A stretch of 64,000 bases of DNA from Macrostomum lignano (Eukaryota). Location: NCBI GenBank assembly GCA_002269645.1, contig NIVC01001389.1:234318-298317 (forward strand), given 5' to 3'. Position 1 is the stretch's first letter, and every line of letters starts with the position of its first letter. Below, piece after piece: positions 46,293-58,063 of this stretch. The notes under the pieces were generated by a model, which was given only the letters and a program-made list of their open reading frames with translations, had not been told where the DNA came from and ran no database searches. Made by a program: the position numbers and the translations under genes.

Positions 46293-46934
46293 GCTAGCTG
46301 TGTGAAGCCTCACTATTTTATTCTGCATGCTGGAATTCGCAGCACTGAACCTGATGAGGCGCCCTCATCAGCTCATTGCAGCCTCATCGGAGCCGCTGGA
46401 CCGTGAGAAATATCGGGTGGATTAAGACCCTCGCCGGGCCTTCCATCTCTTTGCATCGAAAAAATCTAAAAAAATGAAAGATTTTTCACGATTTCTGAAT
46501 CCGCAGCCCGAGCGAGAAGCAAAATGATGACTATGATTTTGTGAGAAAATTTAATCTTCCTGAGAGAGGGGAAGAGTTGGGGAGAATTCTCCCCTCCATC
46601 TCTTTCAGTTGCAAAATTTCGGGCCTTCGCAAGTCGAAAAAGGCGATTCAATTTGAAGTGTCGGAGCGGCCGGGAGATAAAGAGGGAAGTTGAGGCCGGT
46701 GGTGGGGAGCAGATTATGCAAATCTCCCCACTCCGGACAATTTTCCTCTTTATTCGGCCGGGACACACGGGGCCCGCTAAAATTTAATTTCTTAAAAGGG
46801 GGTTGCGGCTTTAAAAAAGATCGATTTTCCGCTGCGAGGGAGTTTGGTCAGCCTCATCACCGAGTTTTGCTGCGAGCTGCTGGGCCTCTCTGTGCTCCGT
46901 GCTCTCCCTGTGCCTGACATTCCAGGTCTCACCC

Positions 46935-47465
46935 GCCTCCCGTGTCTTACCCTCCTGTGTCATAAACTCCCGTGTCTTACCCTCCCGTGTCTTACCCTCC
47001 CATGTTACCCTCCCGTGTCTTACCCTCCCATGTTACCCTCCCATGTTACCCTCCCGTGTCTTACCCTCCCGTGTCTTACCCTCCCGTGTTACCCTCCCGT
47101 GTCTTAAACTCCCGTGTCTTACCCTCCCGTGTCTTAATCTCCCGTGTCTTACCCTCATGTGTCTTACCCTCCCGTATTTTACCTTCCCGAGTCTTACCCT
47201 CCTGTGTATATCCTCCCATGTTTTACCCTTCCGCGTCTTACCCTCCCGTGTCTTACCCTCCTGTCGTGTCTTACCCTCCCTTTTCTTACCTTCCCGTTTC
47301 TTACCCTCCCTTGTCTTACCCTCCCGTGTCTTACCCTCCCTTGTTTTACCCTCCCTTGTCTTACCCTCCCATGTCTTACCCTCGTGTATTACCTTCCTCC
47401 CGTGTCTTACCCCCTCACGTGTATTACCTTCCTCCCGTGTCTTACCCTCACGTGTACCCTTACCC
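46935..47465. repeat. 15-bp minisatellite TCTTACCCTCCCGTG, degenerating to the right
   Basis: Direct reading. Confidence 0.94.
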
Positions 47466-48071
47466 TCCGTCAGATTGGAACCGTCTATTACCCTCTATTG
47501 TCCGGAATAACAACCATCAGGTGTTTCAACTTGAAAAGTATGCTCATTTTTTCTTTCATTCCTAGTGAGAATCATCAGTTGATAATCATTTTATTATCAA
47601 AGCTCAGTTTGAGTCCCCAGAGCAGAGAAGACGCGCGGTGGACGTTGAGCTCCGGCTGGCAAAGTCAAGTGCGGCAGCTGCTGATTCAAATTCCCAATCC
47701 GATGGCACAGAATGACCCTTGAAGCTGAGGCGATGACGCCCCAACCCCCTGCGCCGCCAGGGCTCAGGTCAGGTGTGAATGAAGTTCCCGCCCAGGTGCC
47801 GGCCCGAGTTGGGCCCGCCATCACCCCGGGCCACTTGGCCGCCAGCTCAGCCGAAAGCAATCAGCAGCAAGGCCGATCTTCGAATATGTTTCCCGGCAAA
47901 GAAATGCGGCTCAATGTCAAAAAATCATTCGCTTGAGAAGGATGGACCGGTTCTCAGTTCGAACTCAAATTAAGGAGCCACTTCTGTGCAAACTGGACCA
48001 TCCACCTCCGTCTGAGAATTTGGGTCAGGTAGAGCACCGAGTTTTGAGGGCTGAATCAGATTTGTGATTTC

Positions 48072-50285
48072 ATGGACTGCTAATCTGTGTGTCTTGGATT
48101 GCTAATCTGTGTGTCTTGGATTGCTAATCTGTGTGTCTTGGATTGCTAATCTGTGCATCTTGGATTGCTAATCTGTGTGTCTTGGATTGCTAATCTGTGT
48201 GTCTTGGATTGCTAATCTGTGCATCTTGGATTGCTAATCTGTGTGTCTTGGATTGCTAATCTGTGTGTCTTGGATTGCTAATCTGTGTGTCTTGGATTGC
48301 TAATCTGTGTGTCTTGGATTGCTAATCTGTGTGTCTTGGATTGCTAATCTGTGTGTTTTGGATTGCTAATCTGTGTGTCTTGGATTGCTAATCTGTGTGT
48401 CTTGGATTGCTAATCTGTGTGTCATGGATTGCTAATCTGTGTCTTGGATTGCTAATCTGTGTGTCTTGGATTGCTAATCTGTGTGTCTTGGATTGCTAAT
48501 CTGTGTGTCTTGGATTGCTAATCTGTGCATCTTGGATTGCTAATCTGTGCATCTTGGATTGCTAATCTGTGTGTCTTGGATTGCTAATCTGTGCATCTTG
48601 GATTGCTAATCTGTGTGTCTTGGATTGCTAATCTGTGTGTCTTGGATTGCTAATCTGTGTGTCTTGGATTGCTAATCTGTGTGTCTTGGATTGCTAATCT
48701 GTGTGTCTTGGATTGCTAATCTGTGTGTTTTGGATTGCTAATCTGTGTGTCTTGGATTGCTAATCTGTGTGTCTTGGATTGCTAATCTGTGTGTCATGGA
48801 TTGCTAATCTGTGTCTTGGATTGCTAATCTGTGTGTCTTGGATTGCTAATCTGTGTGTCTTGGATTGCTAATCTGTGTGTCTTGGATTGCTAATCTGTGT
48901 GTCTTGGATTGCTAATTTGTGTCTTGGATTGCTAATCTGTGTGTCTTGGATTGCTAATCTGTGTGTCTTGGATTGCTAATCTGTGTGTCATGGATTGCTA
49001 ATCTGTGTCTTGGATTGCTAATCTGTGTGTCTTGGATTGCTAATCTGTGTGTCTTGGATTGCTAATCTGTGTGTCTTGGATTGCTAATCTGTGTGTCATG
49101 GATTGCTAATCTGTGTGTCTTGGATTGCTAATCTGTGTGTCTTGGATTGCTAATTTGTGTCTTGGATTGCTAATCTGTGTGTCATGGATTGTTAATCTGT
49201 GTGTCTTGAATTGCTAATCTGTGCATCTTGGATTGCTAACCTGTGTGTCTTGGATTGCTAATCTGTGTGTCTTGGATTGCTAATCTGTGTCTTGGATTGC
49301 TAATCTGTGTCTCGGATTGCTAATCTGTGTGTCATGGATTGCTAATCTGTGTGTCTTGGATTGCTAATCTGTGTGTCTTGGATTGCTAATCTGTGTGTCT
49401 TGGATTGCTAATCTGTGCATCTTGGATTGCTAATCTGTGCATCTTGGATTGCTAATCTGTGTGTCTTGGATTGCTAATCTGTGCATCTTGGATTGCTAAT
49501 CTGTGTGTCTTGGATTGCTAATCTGTGTGTCTTGGATTGTTAATCTGTGTGTCTTGAATTGCTAATCTGTGCATCTTGGATTGCTAACCTGTGTGTCTTG
49601 GATTGCTAATCTGTGTGTCTTGGATTGCTAATCTGTGTCTTGGATTGCTAATCTGTGTCTCGGATTGCTAATCTGTGTGTCTTGGATTGCTAATCTGTGT
49701 CTTGGATTGCTAATCTGTGTGTCATGGATTGTTAATCTGTGTGTCTTGAATTGCTAATCTGTGCATCTTGGATTGCTAACCTGTGTGTCATGGATTGCTA
49801 ATCTGTGCATCTTGGATTGCTAATCTGTGCATCTTGGATTGCTAATCTGTGCATCTCGGATTGCTAATCTGTGTGTCTTGGATTGCTAATCTGTGTGTTT
49901 TGGATTGCTAATCTGTGTGTCTTGGATTGCTAATCTGTGCATCTTGGATTGCTAATCTGTGCATCTTGGATTGCTAATCTGTGCATCTTGGATTGCTAAT
50001 CTGTGCATCTTGGATTGCTAATCTGTGCATCTTGGATTGCTAATCTGTGCATCTTGGATTGCTAACCTGTGCATCTCGGATTGCTAACCTGTGCATCTCG
50101 GATTGCTAATCTGTGTGTCTTGGATTGCTAATCTGTGTGTTTTGGATTGCTAATCTGTGTGTCTTGGATTGCTAATCTGTGTCTCGGATTGCTAATCTGT
50201 GTGTCTTGGATTGCTAATCTGTGCATCTTGGATTGCTAATCTGTGCATCTTGGATTGCTAATCTGTGCATCTTGGATTGCTAATC
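48072..50285. repeat. 22-bp minisatellite TTGGATTGCTAATCTGTGTGTC
   Basis: Direct reading. Confidence 0.98.
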
Positions 50286-51029
50286 CATTCATCCTGGATC
50301 CCACACTGCTTCTCCCAGTTCCAACAGAGAAGCTGCAGCCCAAGGAATTGAAAGCGAAATGAGGAGTTGGGGCTTAAGGGACTTGCGGATGCAAAAAAAA
50401 TAATCAGAGACAGCGCGGCCTGTCAGTCTTTAACTGATGCAATAATTCTGGGAAGTCAGCCTCCCCTTCCTTCTCCATCCTCCATTTTTGCCGGCAGAAA
50501 TCTTGGGGGGGGGCAGCAAATTAATGCAGCGAAGAAAAATAGAGCAGATTGAAGCCGGGGCTGAAAATGCAGAAATTGAAGGGAAAAACATGACCGAGTC
50601 TAAATGGGAGATGATGGCGCTGCACACATTAAGGCCCTCCCCCAGCCTCACTGCTCCATCTCCCTCTCTCTGCCCCCACCTTGGCGGAAATCAAAACTTC
50701 CGGTTCGTAAATCAAATTTTTTGTCCGATGGCCATTTTCTCAGGCACTCTGCCTCCCCCTTTCCCTGGGCCTTCATTATTTTTCTTTTAAATTCACCTCC
50801 CCGAGCTCCTCAGCCGAGTGGAAGCTGGGCCGGTCTCTGGGGCGGCCAATTTATCAACCTGAGTGCAGGAAGCCGCCCTTCATTGTCGAGTCGATCGTAA
50901 AATCAGGAAAACAGCGGGGCTGAGCGGCGCTGACTCGAGCCTGGGGCTTGTTCCTGGCATAAATATCCCAGTTTCATTTGACTGCTTTGCCTTTGGCTGG
51001 GGTCTTGGAGGTGCTGGCTCCGGTTGGCG

Positions 51030-52682
51030 CCATCCGCCCTTCAGGGTTGGAACCATCCGCCCTTCAGACTGAAACCATCCGCCCTTCAGACTGGAACCAT
51101 CCGCCCTTCAGACTGGAACCATCCGCCCTTCAGACTGGAACCATCCGCCCTTCAGACTGGAACCATCCGCCCTTCAGACTGGAACCATCCGCCCTTCAGG
51201 CTGGAACCATCTGCCCATCAGACTGGAACCATCCGCCCTTCAGGCTGGAACCATCCGCCCTTCAGACTGGAACCATCCGCCCTTCAGGTTGGAACCATCT
51301 GCCCTTCAGACTGGAACCATCCGCCCTTCAGGCTGGAACCATCCGCCCTTCAGACTGGAACCATCCGCCCTTCAGACTGGAACCATCCGCCCTTCAGGTT
51401 GGAACCATCCGCCCTTCAGGTTGGAGCCATCCGCCCTTCAGTTTGGAACCATCCGCCCTTCAGACTGGAACCATCCACCCTTCAGACTGAAACCATCCGC
51501 CCTTCAGACTGGAACCATCCACCCTTCAGACTGGAACCATCCGCCCTTCAGGCTGGAACCATCCGCCCTTCAGACTGGAACCATCCGCCCTTCAGACTGG
51601 AACCATCTGCCCTTCAGGTTGGAGCCATCCGCCCTTCAGTTTGGAACCATCCGCCCTTCAGACTGGAACCATCCGCCCTTCAGACTGAAACCATCCGCCC
51701 TTCAGACTGGAACCATCCGCCCTTCAGACTGAAACCATCCACCCTTCAGACTGGAACCATCCGCCCTTCAGACTGGAACCATCCGCCCTTCAGACTGGAA
51801 CCATCCGCCCTTCAGGTTGGAACCATCTGCCCTTCAGACTGGAACCATCCGCCCTTCAGGCTGGAACCATCTGCCCATCAGACTGGAACCATCCGCCCTT
51901 CAGGCTGGAACCATCCGCCCTTCAGACTGGAAACATCCGCCCTTCAGGTTGGAACCATCCGCCCTTCAGGTTGGAACCATCCGCCCTTCAGGTTGGAGCC
52001 ATCCGCCCTTCAGTTTGGAACCATCCGCCCTTCAGACTGGAACCATCCACCCTTCAGACTGAAACCATCCGCCCTTCAGGTTGGAACCATCCGCCCTTCA
52101 GACTGGAACCATCCGCCCTTCAGACTGGAACCATCCGCCCTTCAGACTGGAACCATCCGCCCTTCAGGCTGGAACCATCTGCCCATCAGACTGGAACCAT
52201 CCGCCCTTCAGGCTGGAACCATCCGCCCTTCAGACTGGAACCATCCGCCCTTCAGACTGGAACAATCCGCCCTTCAGGTTGGAACCATCCGCCCTTCAGT
52301 TTGGAACCATCCGCCCTTCAGACTGGAACCATCTGCCCTTCAGGTTGGAACCATCCGCCCTTCAGGTTGGAACCATCCGCCCTTCAGGTTGGAACCATCC
52401 ACCCTTCAGTTTGGAACCATCCGCCCTTCAGACTGGAACCATCTGCCCTTCAGGTTGGAACCATCCGCCCTTCAGGTTGGAACCATCCGCCCTTCAGGTT
52501 GGAACCATCCACCCTTCAGTTTGGAACCATCCGCCCTTCAGACTGGAACCATCTGCCCTTCAGGTTGGAACCATCCGCCCTTCAGGTTGGAACCATCCGC
52601 CCTTCAGGTTGGAACCATCCGCCCTTCAGGTTGGAACCATCCGCCCTTCAGGTTGGAACCATCCACCCTTCAGTTTGGAACC
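51030..52682. repeat. 22-bp minisatellite GGAACCATCCGCCCTTCAGACT
   Basis: Direct reading. Confidence 0.98.
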
Positions 52683-53349
52683 TGAGCATCCGGACTTCAT
52701 CCTCGAGCTTGCAGGTGAGGGGTCACGTGACCCACCGGCTCAGCCCGAGTCGAGCTGCCCAGCAGAGCCGCTATGACAAAACCAGCGAGGCGTGGCCGCC
52801 GCCCCCCTCCCTAAAAAATCCGAAATTCCCAATAATAAAAAATGCAATCATTTTTAGGATCGATGAAGACCCAGAGCTCAAGCAGCTTCCTTGCCGCTTC
52901 ATCCTTGACTGATCTTTGTTGACAAGGAAATTCCGGGCTGACCGGAGGAAGCCCCTTTGAGGAGGCCTTGGGCGGATCCCGGATATAAAAATCTGCAGTT
53001 GGGGAGATGGTGTGCAATTTTGATTCCCCCGTATTTCAGTGCCGGGGCCTGAAAGCAAATTTTCCCCTACAGTGGGCATCAAAAATTTCTTCAGAGGTTA
53101 TTATATATTTTTGTTTCTGGTCCAATTTCGATCCGACTGTGAAATTTGATTTACCGTTTCAATTGCGGCTTCCGCGGCGGCCCGGCGGGGTCTGGGAAAT
53201 CAGCCAGGCGAGCTGGCCGGCCCTGCTGGGGACAAAATCCCCTCCCCCGATTCCCAGTGCTTCGGCTCTGAAATATTTTTATTGATTTTAGTGATGGCGA
53301 GGGTCGGGGAGCTGCTGGTCAGGTGCGGCGTTCACGTAGCTTACCTTAT

Positions 53350-55137
53350 AGTAGAGAGTGACAGTTCTAGATGAGGAGAGTGACAGTATCAGATATGGAG
53401 AGTGCTAGTCCTACCCAAGGAGAGTGCCAGTCCTAGATAAGGAGAGTGACAGTTTAAGATGAAGAGAGTGACAGTTCTAGATAAGGAGAGTGACAGTTTA
53501 AGATAAAGAGAGTGACAGTTCAAGATAAAGAGAGTGACAGTTCTAGATAAAGAGAGTGACAGTTCAAGATAAAGAGAGTGACAGTTTAAGATAAAGAGGG
53601 TGACAGTTCTACATGAGGAGATTGACAGTTCTAGATGAGGAGAGTGACAGTCCTAGATAAGGAGAGTGACAGTTCACGATGAGGAGAGTGACAGTCTCGT
53701 TGAAGAGAGTGACAGTTTCAGATATAGAGAGTGCCTGTATTAGCTAAGCAGAGTGCCAATCCTAGCTAAGGAGAGTGCCAGTCCTAGATAAGGAGAGTGC
53801 CAGTCCTAGCTAAGGAGAGTGCCAGTCCTAGATAAGGAGAGTGCCTGTACTAGCTAAGGAGAGTGCCTGTACTAGCTAAGGAGAGTGCCAGTCCTAGCTA
53901 AGGAGAGTGCCTGTACTAGCTAAGGAGAGTGCCAGTCCTAGCTAAGGAGAGTGCCTGTACTAGATAAGGAGAGTGCAAGTCCTAGCTAAGGAGAGTGCCA
54001 GTCCTAGCTAAGGAGAGTGCCTGTCCTAGATAAGGAGAGTGCCAGTCCTAGATAAGGAGAGTGCCTGTACTAGCTAAGGAGAGTGCCAGTCCTAGATAAG
54101 GAGAGTGCCTGTACTAGCTAAGGAGAGTGCCAGTCCTAGATAAGGAGAGTGCCTGTACTAGCTAAGGAGAGTGCCTGTACTAGCTAAGGAGAGTGCCAGT
54201 CCTAGCTAAGGAAAGTGCCTGTACTAGCTAAGGAGAGTGCCAGTCCTAGATAAGGAGAGTGCCTGTACTAGATAAGGAGAGTGCAAGTCCTAGCTAAGGA
54301 GAGTGCCTGTCCTAGCTAAGGAGAGTGCCAGTCCTAGCTAAGGAGAGTGCCAGTCCTAGCTAAGGAGAGTGCCAGTCCTAGCTAAGGAGAGTGCCAGTCC
54401 TAGATAAGGAGAGTGCCAGTCCTAGCTAAGGAGAGTGCCAGTCCTAGCTAAGGAGAGTGCCAGTCCTAGATAAGGAGAGTGCCTGTACTAGCTAAGGAGA
54501 GTGCCAGTCATAGATAAGGAGAGTGCCAGTCCTAGCTAAGGAGAGTGCCAGTCCTAGATAAGGAGAGTGCCTGTCCTAGCTAAGGAGAGTGCCAGTCCTA
54601 GCTAAGGAGAGTGCCAGTCCTAGCTAAGGAGAGTGCCAGTCCTAGCTAAGGAGAGTGCCAGTCCTAGATAAGGAGAGTGCCAGTCCTAGCTAAGGAGAGT
54701 GCCAGTCCTAGCTAAGGAGAGTGCCAGTCCTAGATAAGGAGAGTGCCTGTACTAGCTAAGGAGAGTGCCAGTCATAGATAAGGAGAGTGCCAGTCCTAGC
54801 TAAGGAGAGTGCCAGTCCTAGCTAAGGAGAGTACCAGTCCTAGCTAAGGAGAGTGCCAGTCATAGATAAGGAGAGTGCCAGTCCTAGCTAAGGAGAGTGC
54901 CAGTCCTAGCTAAGGAGAGTACCAGTCCTAGCTAAGGAGAGTGCCAGTCCTAGCTAAGGAGAGTGCCAGTCCTTGATAAGGAGAGTGCCAGTCCTAGCTA
55001 AGGAGAGTGCCAGTCCTAGCTAAGGAGAGTGTCAGTCCTAGCTAAGGAGAGTGCCAGTCCTAGCTAAGGAGAGTGCCAGTCCTAGCTAAGGAGAGTGCCA
55101 GTCCTAGCTAAGGAGAGTGTCAGTCCTAGCTAAGGAG
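53350..55137. repeat. 22-bp minisatellite AGGAGAGTGCCAGTCCTAGCTA
   Basis: Direct reading. Confidence 0.98.
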
Positions 55138-56439
55138 ACAATAGCGACCTCCTCTATCAAAAGTAAATCTTCACTGCTGCACTATGAAGCGGCCCAGATG
55201 ACTTTGCTATCACGGAATGGCCCTTCATATGGCCCAGAGCAGGAGCGGTTGTGCCCGACCCCCCGCTATGGAGGCCAATTTCCACAATCGCCACTCGACT
55301 TCTGACGCGCTGACAAGCGACACGGGCATCGCCAGTCCCATCGGACACTCGAAAACAGGGACCAGTCTCGCCGCTGGAGCTTCTTCGCGCCACTCTGACG
55401 GCCAGATGGGCTTCGGTGGAATTCCTGAGTTTTTTGCCGGAGTCTGCGATGTGCAATCAAGCTGGGGGAGGGGGAGGCTGGACGATGAAGCGCCCCTCCC
55501 CGGAGGCGCCACTTGAAGAAGGCGCAGCAGCGCCTTTCAAATTCTTGAAGAACCACCGCAGATTTTTTGTTTAATAAGTGGCTCGGCGGACAGTTTTTGA
55601 TAGATTGGCTGCGCCTCTCGCTGTTCAATTATTGTCAGAGAGTCGCATTATTGAGAGGCCATCCGCCCCCTGTGTCACTTCTTCTGCTTCTTGACTCTTG
55701 ACTGCTTCAATAAAAGAGATATTGGCGGGCCCTGCATAAACAAACAGCCGGGCGGGCACGTGGGGCCATAAATTTTCATTTCTCCACGGCCGTCTCTCGA
55801 CCTGGATTGTTGTTTTAAAAACTCGGCCGGCCATTAATGCCCCGCGGTCAGCTGAACCTGCGAATCCAATGTTGCCACTTTCCTATAGAAATCTCGGGAG
55901 GTGCCAGAAATCCATTTTTAGCGCAGCTGCGGAGCAAAATTCCTTCTGGCCAAAAAACTCCACTTCAATCTTTTTGCTCCCCGGGACCCCCGGCTCCTCC
56001 CGAAACCGCGATCGAACACGGGGGCCATCTGGTCCGAGTTCGGCACAGCTAAGAATATGGAATATTTTAATGAACTTCGAAGACCGCACCTCACCCCCCT
56101 TCCTTGTTCGAACTCGCAGCCTCATTGGTGCCTCATCCATGCGATTCTTTGCTCCGCTGCTTTTGTCACTTTTGAAATTTATTGATTGATTGACTGACTG
56201 GGGGCAGGCAAGTTAATGCTGACTGGGCCTGACCTGGGGGTCCGGGATCTGGGCGGCTCCGGCTGGGAGGAAAGGTGGTGACAAATTTGGAGGGACAGGT
56301 AGAGACAGGAGTGGAGAGTCAGAGAGATACGAGGAGAGAGTCAGAGAGGGGAGGTAAGAGAGTCTGTGAAGAAGAAGAGAGAGTCAGTGGAGATGGCAGG
56401 GAGGCAGGGAGGCAGGGAGGGAGGCAGAGAGATGAGGAG

Positions 56440-56972
56440 AGAGAGTCGGAGATGAGGAGAGATAATCAGGGGAGATGAGGAGAGAGAGTCAGGGGAGATG
56501 AGGAGAGAGAGTCAGGGGAGATGAGGAGAGAGAGTCAGGGGAGATGAGGAGAGAGAGTCAGGGGAGATGAGGAGAGAGAGTCAGGCGAGATGAGGAGAGA
56601 GAGTCAGAGGAGATGAGGAGAGAGAGTCAGGCGAGATGAGGAGAGAGAGTCAGGGGAGATGAGGAGAGAGAGTCAGGCGAGATGAGGAGAGAGAGTCAGG
56701 CGAGATGAGGAGAGAGAGTCAGGGGAGATGAGGAGAGAGAGTCAGGAGAGATGGAGAGAGAGAGTCAGGGGAGATGAGGAGAGAGAGTCAGGCGAGATGA
56801 GGAGAGAGAGTCAGGGGAGATGAGGAGAGAGAGTCAGGCGAGATGAGGAGAGAGAGTCAGGCGAGATGAGGAGAGAGAGTCAGGCGAGATGAGGAGAGAG
56901 AGTCAGGGGAGATGAGGAGAGAGAGTCAGGGGAGATGAGGAGAGAGAGTCAGGGGAGATGGGGAGAGTCAGA
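56440..56972. repeat. 23-bp minisatellite GAGATGAGGAGAGAGAGTCAGG(G/C)
   Basis: Direct reading. Confidence 0.96.
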
Positions 56973-57039
56973 GACGGGGCTGCTCCTTATTCGAGCAAAG
57001 CAGGCAGTTAATTTCCAGGGCCTTTATCAAGGTGCCACA

Positions 57040-57610
57040 GCTTGTATAAATAAGCTGAAGGCCAATAAATTCAAATAGGTGCGCGGCAATATCGGCCTCT
57101 GAAAGGCCCAGTCTCGCTTTCTTCCCCTATTGGCCCTCCCTGGTCCCAGCGCAGGCTTTCCCACAAAAAAGATAGACAGGAACGGCCCATTTCCCCTTTG
57201 GCCGAAGTTTTATTACAAGACCCTTAATTTACCGCCAGCGGCTGAGGGGTAAAAATCATTGGGCGGTCAAATCGCAGGAGTGTAATTATCCCCCCCCCGT
57301 GCGTGGCCAACCGTTTCGTTGCGGCACCTGGCGCGGTCATCGCCCCCGGCAGGTGTGGAAGAGAGCCGCCGCCGCCGCTGTGCTCGCGTGCGATCAGGCT
57401 GTGAAAGCCGATGCCAGACTTGGGAACCCATTGTGACATCGGGGTCTGTGGGAAAGTGGGAACCGATGGGGCGCTGGGCCACCCTCCCCCACACCGCAAA
57501 CTAAAACACAATTTGCCGGCTTGTTGTCGCAACAAGAGCCCCTCTTGTCCGTATCTCCTCCACTGCCCCAACTCTGCCTGCCCACCTCTGCCTCGCCCAG
57601 CCAATGGCGA
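57040..57610 (+). promoter_or_regulatory. Putative proximal promoter of the gene at 57841
   Basis: TATAAA at 57045, CCAAT/ATTGG at 57062, 57129, 57258 and 57601, GGGCGG near 57261. Motif matches only; TSS unknown. Confidence 0.4.
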
Positions 57611-57840
57611 CCCGTCTGGCTCACAGCTGTGCCCAAGCAGCCTCCAACCTCCACAGTGTACAGCCCTCAGTCTTCATAATAATAATAATCATATCTGCCC
57701 CCCTCTGGACCGGAGAGACCCCAAGGGGGCAGAGCGCCTTGTCTACCAGCCCAGCCCAGCGACTCGGCATCCGCAGTCTTCGGACCAGCAAAGCGCTCCA
57801 AGCAGATCTCCACACAGCCTGCCTTCCTGTCCCTCTCCGC

Positions 57841-58063
57841 ATGGAGTCCGCTGTGCACCACGGAGGCGGCAGCGGCGGCGGGGCGACAACTGCGGGTGCT
57901 GCTGCGTCAGCCGCTGCAGACGTGTACACCCACCATCACCTGCAGCAGCAGCAGCAGCACGCCATGGCCCTGGGCGCCACCGGGATGTTCATGGCGGGCC
58001 AGCACCAGCACCATCCGGCAGCCTCCATGGCCGGAGCACCCCTGGGCCTGTTCAACTTCAATG
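57841..58063 (+). CDS. First coding exon of a probable developmental transcription factor (Gly/Ala/His/Gln-rich N-terminus); remaining exons not identified in window
   Basis: MESAVHHGGGSGGG...HHHLQQQQQHAM...GLFNFN with GC3-rich codons, ending at a strong phase-1 donor ATG|GTGAGT. An in-frame upstream ATG exists at 57604. No DNA-binding domain is seen, so the family is unassigned. Confidence 0.65.

Noticed and set aside
46351-46371. CTGATGAG hammerhead-like core within a 9-bp hairpin
   Set aside because: No stem II followed by GAAA and no stem I/III partners. The core is sequestered in its own hairpin.
50978-52912. 553-aa and related ORFs (WNHPPFRLEPSALQ...)
   Set aside because: Products of the 22-bp array that cycle through all three frames, with no splice or start context.
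55117-55516. Short ORFs on both strands after the 53-55 kb array
   Set aside because: No recognisable domain, no convincing splice sites, and no partner exons.
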